A stretch of 63,999 nucleotides of DNA, the filler included, from Dirinaria sp. TL-2023a (lineage: Eukaryota): assembly GCA_051941275.1 (NCBI GenBank). It is 11 parts of 11 records of this genome, joined end to end, with 100 filler letters (N's around TTAATTAATTAA, not from the genome) between each part and the next. Parts side by side here need not be neighbours in the genome. Positions count along the whole stretch, not along the records: positions 35,402 to 41,173 come from JAVEBF010001586.1; positions 41,274 to 47,044 come from JAVEBF010001587.1; positions 47,145 to 52,914 come from JAVEBF010001588.1; 8 more parts are not named here. The stretch is one strand, 5' to 3'. The notes under the pieces were generated by a model. The model was not told where the DNA came from and made no database searches. It worked only from the letters and a program-made list of their open reading frames with translations. A program made the translations under genes and the position numbers. This document shows, in pieces, positions 36,618-48,467 of the stretch. The first letter of the stretch is position 1, and each line of letters begins with the position of its first letter.

Positions 36618-36995
36618 CGTGACACTGCTGACGATTCTCCTGACCCTGTGGAAGTGGGCGAATGGAGGTGCAACAAGCCTGAGCGCCTCGAGCGCGTATT
36701 GGGCGGAGATTAGAATTGTTCCCTAAACGACTAGCTCTATCAAGGCTAGTTTCCATGGCCTAGTAGGAACTTTATTCGACGCATATCACCAAAGTCAGGA
36801 AACTTAGGTTGTCGTCGTCGACAGCAGCGATCTTTCAACGTGGATGTCCCGCGACGACACCATGACTCCTTGAAGATTGACTTGCTTCTAGCGATGATTG
36901 GAGGTGTAAGCTAATTCTACTGAGCGGCTCTAAAGCCTCTCTCTATTGGCGTCGTGCACGCTAACTTGTACGATCATGTCGCTGCACCAAGAGAC

Positions 36996-39900
36996 ATGAC
37001 TGAATTGATCCTTGGAACTCGTCTTTGGGAGCGGAATGTTCAATACATTGATCTACTTGGCAACCTCAGTTCGTCATGGCGGTTAGACCCAATGAAAATT
37101 CACTCATGAGCGACTGAATTCGCAAAAGGTCAAGAGCGGAGAAGTCATGCCCACAAAGAGGAAAAATGGATTTCAGGGAGACGTGTAATTTTTTTGGCGG
37201 CTCTATCTTCGTTGAAGAGCCTCGTGGTGACTTCAAAAGCAGTGAGGAACGAATACAAGAGCGAGAAGCAAATATAAATCAGAGCTCCGACGATGAAAAA
37301 GCTGCGTGCGTTTTGTTAAGAATTGTTCATTCAGCACTCGTGGGAAATATCGCGAACGAAGATGGAAAGCCATCCTGTCAGACTTATCTAAACGCGTTCT
37401 ACGCTGAAAACCGAAGTCGACGATGGCTCTTTCGGGTCAGGTCAATCTCCCTCTTGTTGGCTACATGGCAGCTCTACCCTCCGCTTTTTAGGTTTTGCAA
37501 CCTCCAAAGAGGGCCATCTTCTATGCTTATTGAAACGACTCTAAATCCTCCTAAGCACCTTTTGCAGCTTTACCAGCTGAACCTCGAGATGATAGACGTC
37601 GTTGATCCCTTAGACAAACTAGAGTTCAGTATCAGTGCAGCGCTATGGACGCTATCACATTGTGGCTTAGAGGCTGCTCGAGTTTCCAATCCTTCATATA
37701 TTTTCCACAACCCGAAACCTGAGAACCCTCGTCACGGCATGAAAGTCTATGAGGATTGCTGCCATCGTCTAGCAAACGTAAAAAGCTTGGCGGAGGAGCT
37801 GCGTCTCGAGACTGTCTCGAATTATGCCGAGAGACTAATAGCCGAAGTACGTCAAACCCAAGGAGTGTCTGATCCGGTCCAAGTTTTCGAACCTCTGAAA
37901 GCGCGATATGCAGCAGCCGGAGATGACGTTGGTATTGCCATCTGCTATGTACTCCAGGCAGATGCAATGATATCCGGCTGCTTTTCAAGTCCGATAGCTC
38001 TAAATCTACTTCCTATAGACGGATGGGACTACTTAGGGAGCGACACGAGTCTCGAGAGGCATCATATGCCTTTTGCGACTTCCGTGGAGTATCTCATAGC
38101 TGATTCATTAGGCGACGGTATCCATTCTATGTGCCTCGAGGACAAAGTCAAATACCGAGTGCGGTTTTCGGAGAAGGCCCGACAAGCGTCCAGTGCTGGC
38201 AAAAATATCCTATGGATTACCTCTACCGGCGGTAGAGCTGAGCGACGATCTCCACAAGGAGTCACCAGTCATGACTCGAAGATGGAGGCCGACACGTCTA
38301 GTCGAGGCGCCCACTTTGTGCAAGACAGTATCAACAATTGGTCAGATATGGCTAAGATGGCGATGGCTCTGTATCAGGAGGCCGATGACCTCTTTCACCA
38401 CAGCAATGCACCTAGAGGACAAGCCATGATCGCGTCAAGGAAAGCTTGTTTACTACTCACTCAAGAGGTCTTACCCGAAATGTATTGGGAATCGAAAGAG
38501 GAGTCAAATCTAAGCTACATCAAAAAACTTCTAATCACTGCTTGTGATGGCTTCCATAATGCTGGTGACGTAGTGCATCTTAAGCTCACTCAGCTCCACT
38601 TGCTTCTACTTGCAAGTGAGGCGAATGGCGATATCTTTAAATTGCAGCCTGGTATAGGCGAATGGGGCAAAAAAAGTGCAAATTGGATTTTTGCAAGACA
38701 GCTTGGACTTCTTGCATTCCGATTCGGGGATCACCTGCGACATGCATGTGGATCCACTGTCAAAGCACGCTTGTCATATGAGTGTGCAAGGTTTATACTT
38801 AGAGAAATACGCGAACAATGGACCGTCTACTTTCAATTGGAATGTGCGATGGCCTCATTGAGTCTAGCCCTCAATGATATCGGCGCAAGTAAAATAGCCT
38901 TGGACATTGCTGGTATCATTTTCACACAGCTTGCTCTTGAATTGGACATAGCTGCCGAAAAAGAGCCTTTGTGGAAGGAAGCCAAACACTTTTTCAACAT
39001 GGTGCTCATTGATCTCAAAATATCGGCATCCCAGAGACTAGATACCGCTGAAGTAATGAGGGAATCTTGCCACAGAGAACTAAAAGCACTGGAAGACGAT
39101 GCGCTCGGAGAGGGAAAGCAGCAGCAGTACGACACGAATATGAACGGATTACGAGAGTGGTTCGCAGATAAACGCCGTGTGATCGACGCGCACGTATCAG
39201 GTCTCGAATACGAAGAGCATATGGATCGAGGAACTTGGGACTTAGGGCGCAGCAAAGTCATGATCCATCTCATGGTCAGTGCGAGCACGGAGGTTGAGAG
39301 TCTGGACGTAAAACTCGCCCGCGTAGACCTGTTGTTGAAGTTGGAGCGCTTTGAGGAAGTCCACCAAATACTTTCAACCATTGATGGAAATGGAGTACTG
39401 AATGAGTTCCGGGTCGGACTTGCCTTCGAGTATGGAGATCTAACTCCACTGTACGAGCGAAGGCAGACTCTCCGGGCGATGGAAAGCGTTCTGGAAAGAT
39501 GCATCAATTCACAATTCTGGAGCAGAGCGAGACATTTTCAGATACTGATCGAGAAGATTTCGCCTGACCATTTCCTATTTCCAGGCAACTACTCCCATAT
39601 CCTTCCCTGGCAGCGTGCTCTATGGCTGGGCCTCATCGAGGAATCACAAGGTATCACTAGCCACTTCTACAGCTCGTTCTTTCAGAGCTGGGCATTGTTC
39701 CACTCTGAATGGTTGAACACGAATACGGTAGACTTCCGCAATGCATTGGTAAACCATAAAGATTTTGATCGAATTGCAGTCTCAATTGCGCGGTTTTACC
39801 GACGCATGAATTCCCTAGTCAAGGAGTCTCGCGTTGTACCACAGCGTCCTGCTAAAGATGACCAAATCCGATTTGTAAGAAGCTGGAATAGAAGCGTCAA

Positions 39901-41173
39901 TATGGCCGATTGGGATCTTCAAGCAGAAGCGCTAGGTGCTTTAGAACGAGGCAAAGCCCTCTCAGTTGCTCAATCCGTGTCTGCTGGTACAACGACTGAC
40001 ACTCACGACATAGCTCAATACGATAAGACACGCTATAGATTTCGCCTTTGGCTTGGTAAGTTTTTTTTATTCGAATTTCTATCTCCGTTTGCGCAGGTAA
40101 TGCGTTTCTCGACATGTCTAGCATGCAAATCGCTTGTATCCTGCATAGCCTAGCTATCTGTTGGGCATCAGTCGTTGCTGACTCTATCTTCTACGATAGA
40201 TCTCGCTTCTCTTCGGCGACCGCGGACAGAGGCCGAGGAAGAAGAGTATCAAGTGTTGAATAATTCATCCCTGGAAGAGGAGCTCAAGACGAGGCCTCTT
40301 GTGGGCTGGGACAAACGGCCCCTCGGCGATCAAGTTCTGGGATACCCTGCACTCTTGACAGGGCTACCCAAGGATGCTCTTGTTATTTACATTGCTCTTT
40401 CGGCAGATGGTTTAGAACTCTACGGAATTGACCATTCAGGCATATTGAGATGCACTGGGCAAGATGTCCGGGCATCATCAACAAGACAAATGGTAAGTCG
40501 CTATGTTGGGTTGTTATCGACCTATAAAGACGAGGCTCCGGAAGAAGAGCTCGGTAATCTAGCTTGGAGCATGTCAAAGGTCTTCATCCAGCCCCTTGAA
40601 GACCTAATACGAGCCAAGGAGCAGATCTTATTCGTGCCATCAGGAGACCTAGCGCGTTTTCCACTTGGCGTCCTTCTATTTGAGAACGAGCCCTTGGGCT
40701 TGCAGAAGCCCGTCTCTCAGGTCCCAAGCTTATCAGCTTTGGTTCATCTCAGCCTTCGTCGAGTGGCTGGTACAGCGACTATCTCAGCGATCACTCGTCC
40801 AGGCAGCCCTAAAGAAGCTCAAGCTGGAGGACCGTCAGCCTTACCGATGGCAGGTATTGAAGCGTTGCTCATCGGTCAACAGTTCGGCATCACGCCACTC
40901 TCTGCTACTGAGGTCTCCAAAGAAGATTTCTACCAGGAAATGGAGCGTTGTCACATCATGCACCTTTCTACGCACGGACATTTCGACGAAGCAGCTCCAC
41001 TGCTCTCGTATATATCACTGGCAGATAATTTTCGCGTCATTGATCTGTTGCGCGTCCGGACGAAAGCATTTCTTGTCGTCTTCAGCGCTTGCGTGAGCGG
41101 CACCGGTACTGCGAACAGCGGCGATAATGTCCTTGGCTTCTCTCATGCCATGTTAGCGGCAGGCGCCAATGCA
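36996..41173 (+). CDS. TPR-like repeat/CHAT-domain cysteine protease (caspase-HetF family), >1,300 aa; 3'-truncated
   Basis: Probable exon 36996-37081, then exon 37129-40055, intron 40056-40199 and exon 40200->41173. CHAT motifs: ILFVPSGDLARFPLGVL, VSQVPSL, LPMAGIEA, HIMHLSTHG (His), LVVFSACVSG (Cys), GFSHAMLAAGA. The N-terminus is helical. The start may be 37166. Confidence 0.9.
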
Positions 41174-41273
41174 NNNNNNNNNNNNNNNNNNNNNNNNNNN
41201 NNNNNNNNNNNNNNNNNTTAATTAATTAANNNNNNNNNNNNNNNNNNNNNNNNNNNNNNNNNNNNNNNNNNNN
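41174..41273. other. Artificial contig-joining spacer
   Basis: N44-TTAATTAATTAA-N44. Confidence 0.99.
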
Positions 41274-42406
41274 TTTTTTTTAAATTTTTTTTTTTTTGGG
41301 ATGGGAATGCACCAGGCGATTCCACGAAGAGGCTTTCTGGAGAAGTTGTGAAGGGGCCCGCCGCCGGAAATCTGTGCGCTTTATTTCCTTTCCTCTGAAA
41401 CCGTCGCCAGGAAATATTGGTTTCTTTGTTAAACGATAATATTGGACGACAAATGCTTTGCAGGGACGACGCTTTGCTCTCCCCACCAAAGCTCTTTTGT
41501 CCGAGATGAGGTTATTTTTAGTAGTCTTTTGTGGTATGGGTCGAGCCATTCCTTCCGCCATTTTGGTTGCTCGAAAGACTATGGCTGGATAAAGCGGTGC
41601 CGTAATGAAGGTGGTAAATGTCATTTCGAGAGACGAAGCTTTGCCATTATGCTTACGGACTTATACTACGAAGATAAAGGTAAAGTGAATGCTGATCAAA
41701 AATGAGCATGTTTGAGAGGAAATATCAAGTGGTATTAAGGGGAAAATATCCCATGGTAAGGCATGTGCGCAGCTGCACCTTTTGTGGTGTTCGGCCGCGG
41801 TTTACCACTCGAATGGGAAAACCATGCGAAATCTGACGAGTAGAAAAGAATGGGAAATTCAGACTAAAATGTTTGCATAATGAAAGTAAAGGAGAGAGCG
41901 GTCAGAGAATGGAGAAGACAAGCCTTACTACGATCGATCAATATCGACCCTACACACCTGAGAGTCCGACCAGCGAGCCGCATGTGAGCATTTATACATG
42001 TATATGACCGATGACTTCTGAGTATGACTAAGGAGTCTAAGGTACTGGAGAACATAGGGGTCGTAGAAGCTAAAGTCAAGCAAAGAGTAAGGTACTTGAG
42101 TACTCGGTAAGGTACGGAGTGAAGGTAACTTACCTTATGTACATTAGGTACCTTATGTATCTGAAGATAAAGTAAGGTAGTCCCAGAGTTCGATTGCGGG
42201 ACTGAGATCCTCCTAGCGGCTCGCTTATCTTGGCGGGGCTCCCTTCACCTTGGCTTCGATTTGATATGATAGCGGGGAAAGAAGCCGAGAGCCGGAGAGA
42301 CCTGCCGCGTCGAGCTGGAAAGCGCGCTGTGATTTTCATCAACAAAGTCAGGAACTTTCCAAGGTATTGTCAAGGCTCAGTTATAGCCTCAGGTTCAGTC
42401 GACGAT

Positions 42407-43511
42407 ATGTCTGACGCGTCGTCCCCGTCTGCCTCTCAGCCGACACATGCCGAGTTGGAACAGGCGTTAAAGAACGTGGTACACTCTATTTACAAGTCCG
42501 GTGACCTGGGGAACCTTACTGTGAAAAGAGTGCGCAAAGCTGCGGAAGAGAGCTTGGACCTGGAGGGAGGATTCTTCAAGAATGACGAGACCTGGAAAGA
42601 CAAAAGCAAGGACATCATCCTATCCGAAGTGGTGCGTGTAGTACACGAGTCTCTTCAGCCATTGCCGTCTATGTTGATAAACATAACAGGAAGCTCACCC
42701 CGATCCTGCATCATCCCAAGCCTCACCCATCAAAAAGCCATTACCGACGGCTCCGAAAGGTACCAAGCCTCAACCAGCCACCAATGGCAAAAAACGGTCA
42801 TCGACTGGAGAGACGACTTCAACGAAGCGCCGGAAGAAAGACGCAGCCGATGCTGAAGGGTCCATCGCTACAGGGAATAGACGACAGCCGAAGAATGCCA
42901 CCGCCAGATCGAAGGACTCTTCGCCTGTAACGCATTCAGAGCAAGGGTCTCCTGACGCGGAACAACAGCAGCAGCAACACTACAAGAAGGATCTGTCAAT
43001 CACGGATGGTGACGACAAGATCGAGTCGGAAAGCGAGCTGTCTGAAGTTTTGGACGAAGCCCCCAAATCCAAGGGAAAGCGAAGGAGCACAGAGTCCGAA
43101 AAGCCAAAGCCCAAGAAAGCCGGCGCCTCCAAAGCCTCTAAGCCGGAGCAACCACTAGACCCTGATGCTGAAGAGATTAAACGTTTGCAAGGATGGCTTG
43201 TCAAATGCGGGATTCGTAAGATGTGGTGGAAGGAGCTTCAACCGTATGACACGCCACAAGCAAAGATCTGGCACCTCAAAGGTATGCTCTCGGATGCCGG
43301 GATGACTGGACGGTATTCCAATGAGAAAGCCAGTCAGATCAGAGAGGAGCGAGAGCTCAAGGCAGATCTAGAAGCCGTCCAGGCGGGCGACAAACAATGG
43401 GGCAAGACCGACTCTGAAGATGCAGAGCCGGGTAGAGGCAAGCGACGGCTGGCCAAAGGTTTGGAGAAGCTTGACTTTCTCAATGATGACGATGGAGAAG
43501 AGACTGACTGA
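42407..43511 (+). CDS. DEK-C domain chromatin protein / transcriptional regulator (HIRIP3-like)
   Basis: N-terminal LTVKRVRKAAEESLDLEGGFFK (DEK_C-like). Intron 42632-42689 splices in frame. C-terminal EIKRLQGWLVKCGIRKMW...GMTGRYSNEKASQIREERELKADL. Confidence 0.8.
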
Positions 43512-44391
43512 GATTTCGGCTATTTCCTTGTCCCAATTTTCAATATGTTAAAGCACAGTATGATGGATGTATCCAAGCATAGTCTTTGACCGGATTTGAG
43601 CTCCTTGCGGTACATGGTCATGGGGTGCTGGTAATGCTTTTCTCCGTTTAGGATGACACACTGTAAAATTATGGATTGACAGGTCTCATCAATGCCCTAG
43701 AGAAGATTTGTTGCCATGTATGTGCTGTGCGATGAGGCTGAAAGTAGCTGCGGCAGACATGAATAGGACCAGATTATAAAACTTTGAAATATCTCATCAG
43801 TCCTGCTCTCGAATGATCAGATATGCATGTAGCTCTTACAGCAGTTCTAGAATACGAGCTTTCTTCACCTTCGGTTCTAGATTCGACAAAAAGTCGCCTG
43901 AGGTTTGGAAGATTGGCCTATGATGAAGTTAAGCAAGTTCATCAATTGGTTTTAGAAGCTGATCAGAAACGTACCATCTGACTGGAATATTCAGAGTACG
44001 GAGCAAGGAGGATATCACACTGTGGGAAGTTGCATGAACAAATCAAAACATTGTTCTGAAAAACAGGACAAGTCGAGTCGGTCATCTCTGCTCATGCCTG
44101 TTTCAGGGTTATCCTAGGCTTCAACACATTGTTTGACGGCCCGAGGAGCCGCTAAACTCGATTATTCGATGACTATGAACAAATCAATATACATTCTTTG
44201 CAGATATTCTCCTCTCACACTATTCTTGACCGAAGCTTCATACCATTTTACAAAGTCAAATCAGCAGATTCACTCAGGCTGCGAATTTCAAGCTCGTGTT
44301 GTACCGCAAGCCTTCCTTTTCTTTGAAAGTTATCTGAAGACACCGGGCAGGGGCGCGACACTGGTCGCAGCCTCGGAAAAAGAGCTGTAAC

Positions 44392-47004
44392 ATGGCAGTC
44401 AACAGAATCAGAGGTGCTCTTGCAGCTCCAAAGAAAGGCGAGACGTTTGAATTAAGAGCTGGCTTAGTGTATGGACTCTTTGAAAATGTCTGAGTGCGCC
44501 GGATCACTGACAATCACTTTTTAGCTCTCAATATGCCTGGGAAAGGTGCACACGGCCCATCTCACCTGAGTATGGCGCTGATCCATCATAGGAAAGAATC
44601 AATACAAAAGACCATCATGTCAATGACTTTAGGGAAAGATGTATCTGCTTTGTTTCCGGATGTCCTGAAGAATATAGCAACGGCAGATCTTGATCAGAAG
44701 AAGCTTGTCTACCTGTATCTAATGTATGAAGAAGCTTTTAAACCATATCTGCTTGAGCTTCATTGACTGGACCATAGGAACTATGCAAAATCACATCCCG
44801 ATCTCTGCATTCTCGCTGTGAACACTTTCGTCCAGGACTCAGAAGACCCAAATCCCCTCGTCAGAGCGTTAGCAATACGGACAATGGGCTGCATCAGGGT
44901 GGAAAAGATGGTGGACTATATGGAAGAGCCGCTCAGGAAGACGCTACGGGACGAGTCGCCCTACGTCAGAAAAACAGCGGCGATATGCGTCGCGAAGCTC
45001 TTTGACCTCAATCCTGCACTATGCCTAGAAAATGGCTTCCTGGAAACGCTGCAAGAGCTGATGGGAGACCCAAATCCTATGGTCGTTGCCAATTCAGTCA
45101 CGGCACTTGCAGAAATCAATGAAGCGGCGCCAGAGACGAAGGCTTTACGAATATCGCCACATTCACTAAAGAAGATGCTTATGGCGCTCAATGAGTGTAC
45201 GGAATGGGGCCGAGTCACCATTTTAAGTACACTGGCAGAGTACAGGGCGTCAGATGTAAAAGAAGCGGAGCACATTTGCGAAAGAGTATCACCACAATTC
45301 CAGCACGTAAACCCTAGTGTGGTCCTTGCAGCGGTCAAGGTGGTCTTTTTACATATGAAATTCATCAACGCAGAGGCGGCACGAACATATTTTAGAAAGA
45401 TGGCTCCTCCGTTAGGTAAGTATCCCGGAGCAATCGACAAACACAGACACTGACATGGCAAGTCACACTTGTCGCCTCTCCACCAGAAGTTCAATATGTT
45501 GCATTACGTAATATCGACCTTCTCCTTCAAAAACAACCAGATATCTTAAGCAAGGAATTGCGTGTATTCTTCTGCAAATATAATGATCCGTCATACATCA
45601 AATTTCAGAAGCTGGAGATAATGGTACGCATAGCGAACGACAAGAACGTTGACCAGCTCCTTGCGGAATTAAAAGAATCTGCTTTGGAAGTTGACATGGA
45701 CTTTGTAAAGCGAGCCGTGAAAGCGATTGGGCAGGTTGCGATCAAAATTGAGAGCGCCAATGAAAAATGCGTCAATACTCTCCTTGATCTGATAAACACT
45801 AAAGTCAACTACGTGGTCCAGGAGGCAATTGTGGTTATCAAAGACATATTCCGGAAATATCCGGGCTACGAAGGGATAATACCTACGTTATGCAAATGTA
45901 TTGACGAGCTGGATGAGCCAAACGCAAGGGGCTCTTTGATATGGATAGTTGGTGAGTATGCAGAGAAGATCAGTAATGCCGGCGACATATTATCGGGATT
46001 CGTGGAAGGGTTTATGGAAGAGTTCACGCAAGTAAGCATTCTGGGAAGCCCCTCAAAATGTAATCTCCTGCTGACAGTCCCGTAGACACAACTCCAAATC
46101 CTAACAGCGGTGGTGAAATTTTTCCTGAAAAAGCCCGATCAACCACAGGCACAAAGTCTGGTACAGAGGATATTTCAAGCAGCAACAGCAGAGAACGACA
46201 ATCCCGATGTTCGCGACCGAGCGTACGTCTACTGGCGACTATTATCAAGTAACCCTCAGGTAGCGCAATCTGTAGTCCTGTCCGACAAACCTCCAATCAC
46301 CACCACAATCCAATCTCTACCACCCGCTCTCCTCGAACAACTCCTCACCGAACTCTCCACCCTCGCCTCAGTCTACCACAAACCTCCCGAATCCTTCATA
46401 GGCCAAGGTCGCTACGGTGCCGATGCCGTGCAAAAAGCCGCCATAGAGTATGTTTTTCTTAGTTCCCCCTCCCCAAGTCCGTAACTTTTTACCACACGAA
46501 AACTAACCACCGAACCTCCTTCTTCTTCCTCTCAGGGAACAAATGCAAAACGCACGCGAAAACCCACTTGCGGCAGCCGCCGCCGCCGCCGCCGTCAGCG
46601 GCGCTCCTCCACCCCAAGTCAACGCCGAAAACCTGCTAGACATAGACTTCGACGGCGCCGCGCCTGCCTCGGCGCAGAAATCGCCTCAGCACGGCATGTC
46701 CGGTCTCGAAGGCCTCGCGGGGACACCACAGCGCGTCGCCTCGCCCGCTGCAGCAACAATGGACCAGCCAGCACCCGCAGCTGGCAACCTGGATGACTTG
46801 ATGGGCCTCTCGAACGGGATGGGCATGGGCATGGGCACGGAAATGGGTAACGGGACTCAGCAGACCCCCGACGATATCCTCGGCGGCTTCGCCGGCCTGG
46901 ACATGAATGATGGCAATGCTTCGACGCAGCCGCCTCCCCCGCCGCAACAGCAGCTGGCAGGCGGCGCAAAGAAATCGAATCAGGATCTTTTGGACTTGTT
47001 TTGA
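44392..47004 (+). CDS. APL2: AP-1 adaptor complex subunit beta (beta-adaptin)
   Basis: [84 protein letters not shown]. Multi-exon, including a 21-nt micro-exon at 44525-44545. Clathrin-box-like LLDIDF and terminal DLLDLF. Confidence 0.93.
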
Positions 47005-47044
47005 TCGCATGCATAGGTCAATCAATAGATGGATGGGTGGGTGC

Positions 47045-47144
47045 NNNNNNNNNNNNNNNNNNNNNNNNNNNNNNNNNNNNNNNNNNNNTTAATTAATTAA
47101 NNNNNNNNNNNNNNNNNNNNNNNNNNNNNNNNNNNNNNNNNNNN
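47045..47144. other. Artificial contig-joining spacer
   Basis: N44-TTAATTAATTAA-N44. Confidence 0.99.
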
Positions 47145-47311
47145 GCCAGAAGATATTGACTGGTGTGGCGCCGAGTGGGAGTTCGAAGACGAAGGCACGA
47201 CGGGAATTGGAGGCCCATGAGCGCAAGCGCAAGTTGAGCCTTGCGGCTGAGAAGGCGGTTAGGGATGCCGGAGGGGATCCGGAAAAGTTGAGGGCGGCAG
47301 GGTTCATTTGA
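47145..47311 (+). CDS. wetA: C-terminal end of developmental regulator WetA (5'-truncated)
   Basis: QKILTGVAPSGSSKTKARRELEAHERKRKLSLAAEKAVRDAGGD is the conserved ESC1/WetA C-terminal motif. Not in the ORF track. Confidence 0.88.
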
Positions 47312-48467
47312 TAGTAGTATTACCTACCTATTTTATAGGATATTACGTATCTAGGCTTTGTTCATGATCATGATCAGAATCGTATTTGGATATATGGCAC
47401 TGATCAATTGGCGCTCTGAGCCTAGGAACATGTGCCATTTATTGTCCCTTGGCGTGCCTATAAGTGATGGAGTATGTATTCTTAATTGATACAGCTTTAA
47501 CAATTTTTTTATCAGGAAATGGCTTTTCATTGATGACTTGGCCTATCATTTCGCCGACACGTTTCCCTTATGGGCGCCCGTTGAAAAGGAGTCAGGTTCT
47601 ATTACAGTCTTCACAGAGATTGTGGGAAGCTCAGTTCAACATTGAAAATGCTTTGATCCGCAGTCTGGAGCGATTATCTGTAGAGATAAAAGAGAAAGAA
47701 ATACGAGACTCGTGCAAGCATGGTATCTAAAATGGGACACTGAAATGCATTGAGAATACTCCCTCGACTCCGTAGGAGGGCAACGGAAGGGCAACAAGCA
47801 AGAGATTTGACGTTTACCTTAAGAAGACGACGTTCTGATCGGGACAGGACAAATGCATCTAAGAAAGCTCGGCTCCTCGGCACGAGGCGGCAGGGCTTGG
47901 GGGGAAAAAATCCAAGTAATTTGATTGGTGGGAGCTTAAGCACTACCTGGAAACTTTCTCCAACAATCCGGTTGCTCCGATGTAATGCCCGGTTTCTGAC
48001 AGCTGGGCAAGCGAAAAGCGAGTTCAGTTGGGTCAAGCCGCAGTCACGTCCAGCAGATTGGAAGGCTCATGCGGTGCTAGTATTACTATGGAGAGAACAG
48101 CAGTGCTGTGGAATGGGGGTCAATGCTCCTTCCTAGTCGAGTAATTACGAAGCTATGAGTGAATCGAGAAGCTGCTCCTTGGGTTGATGTCATTTCGTCA
48201 CCTCGTACATTTGTCAAGTTGTTCAAAATTCATCAACGCTCTTTTGTCCTCAACCTGACCTACCTTAGTCTTTCTTCCCTTCACATGCATTGTGGCGTCA
48301 TATGTTTGTTGTGACGTGTGCAACCTCTGCCTTCCCTTTCCCTTTGGCCCGTCATTATTCTCGCGTCGTGTGAAAAATCACCCTTAGATCGTGGTTTGAG
48401 AATGGCAGGCACGAACATCTCATGGAATGCTTAATACTAAAATAACCCCTTAATAGATATAACTTAG

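Noticed and set aside
32375..41173. Linkage of HSF1 to the gasdermin-like/CHAT module
   Set aside because: They are separated by the spacer at 35302-35401, so they are on different contigs.
43845..43880. TTCTAGAA heat-shock-element-like words upstream of the AP-1 beta gene
   Set aside because: Only two nGAAn units, not three in register, which is expected by chance.
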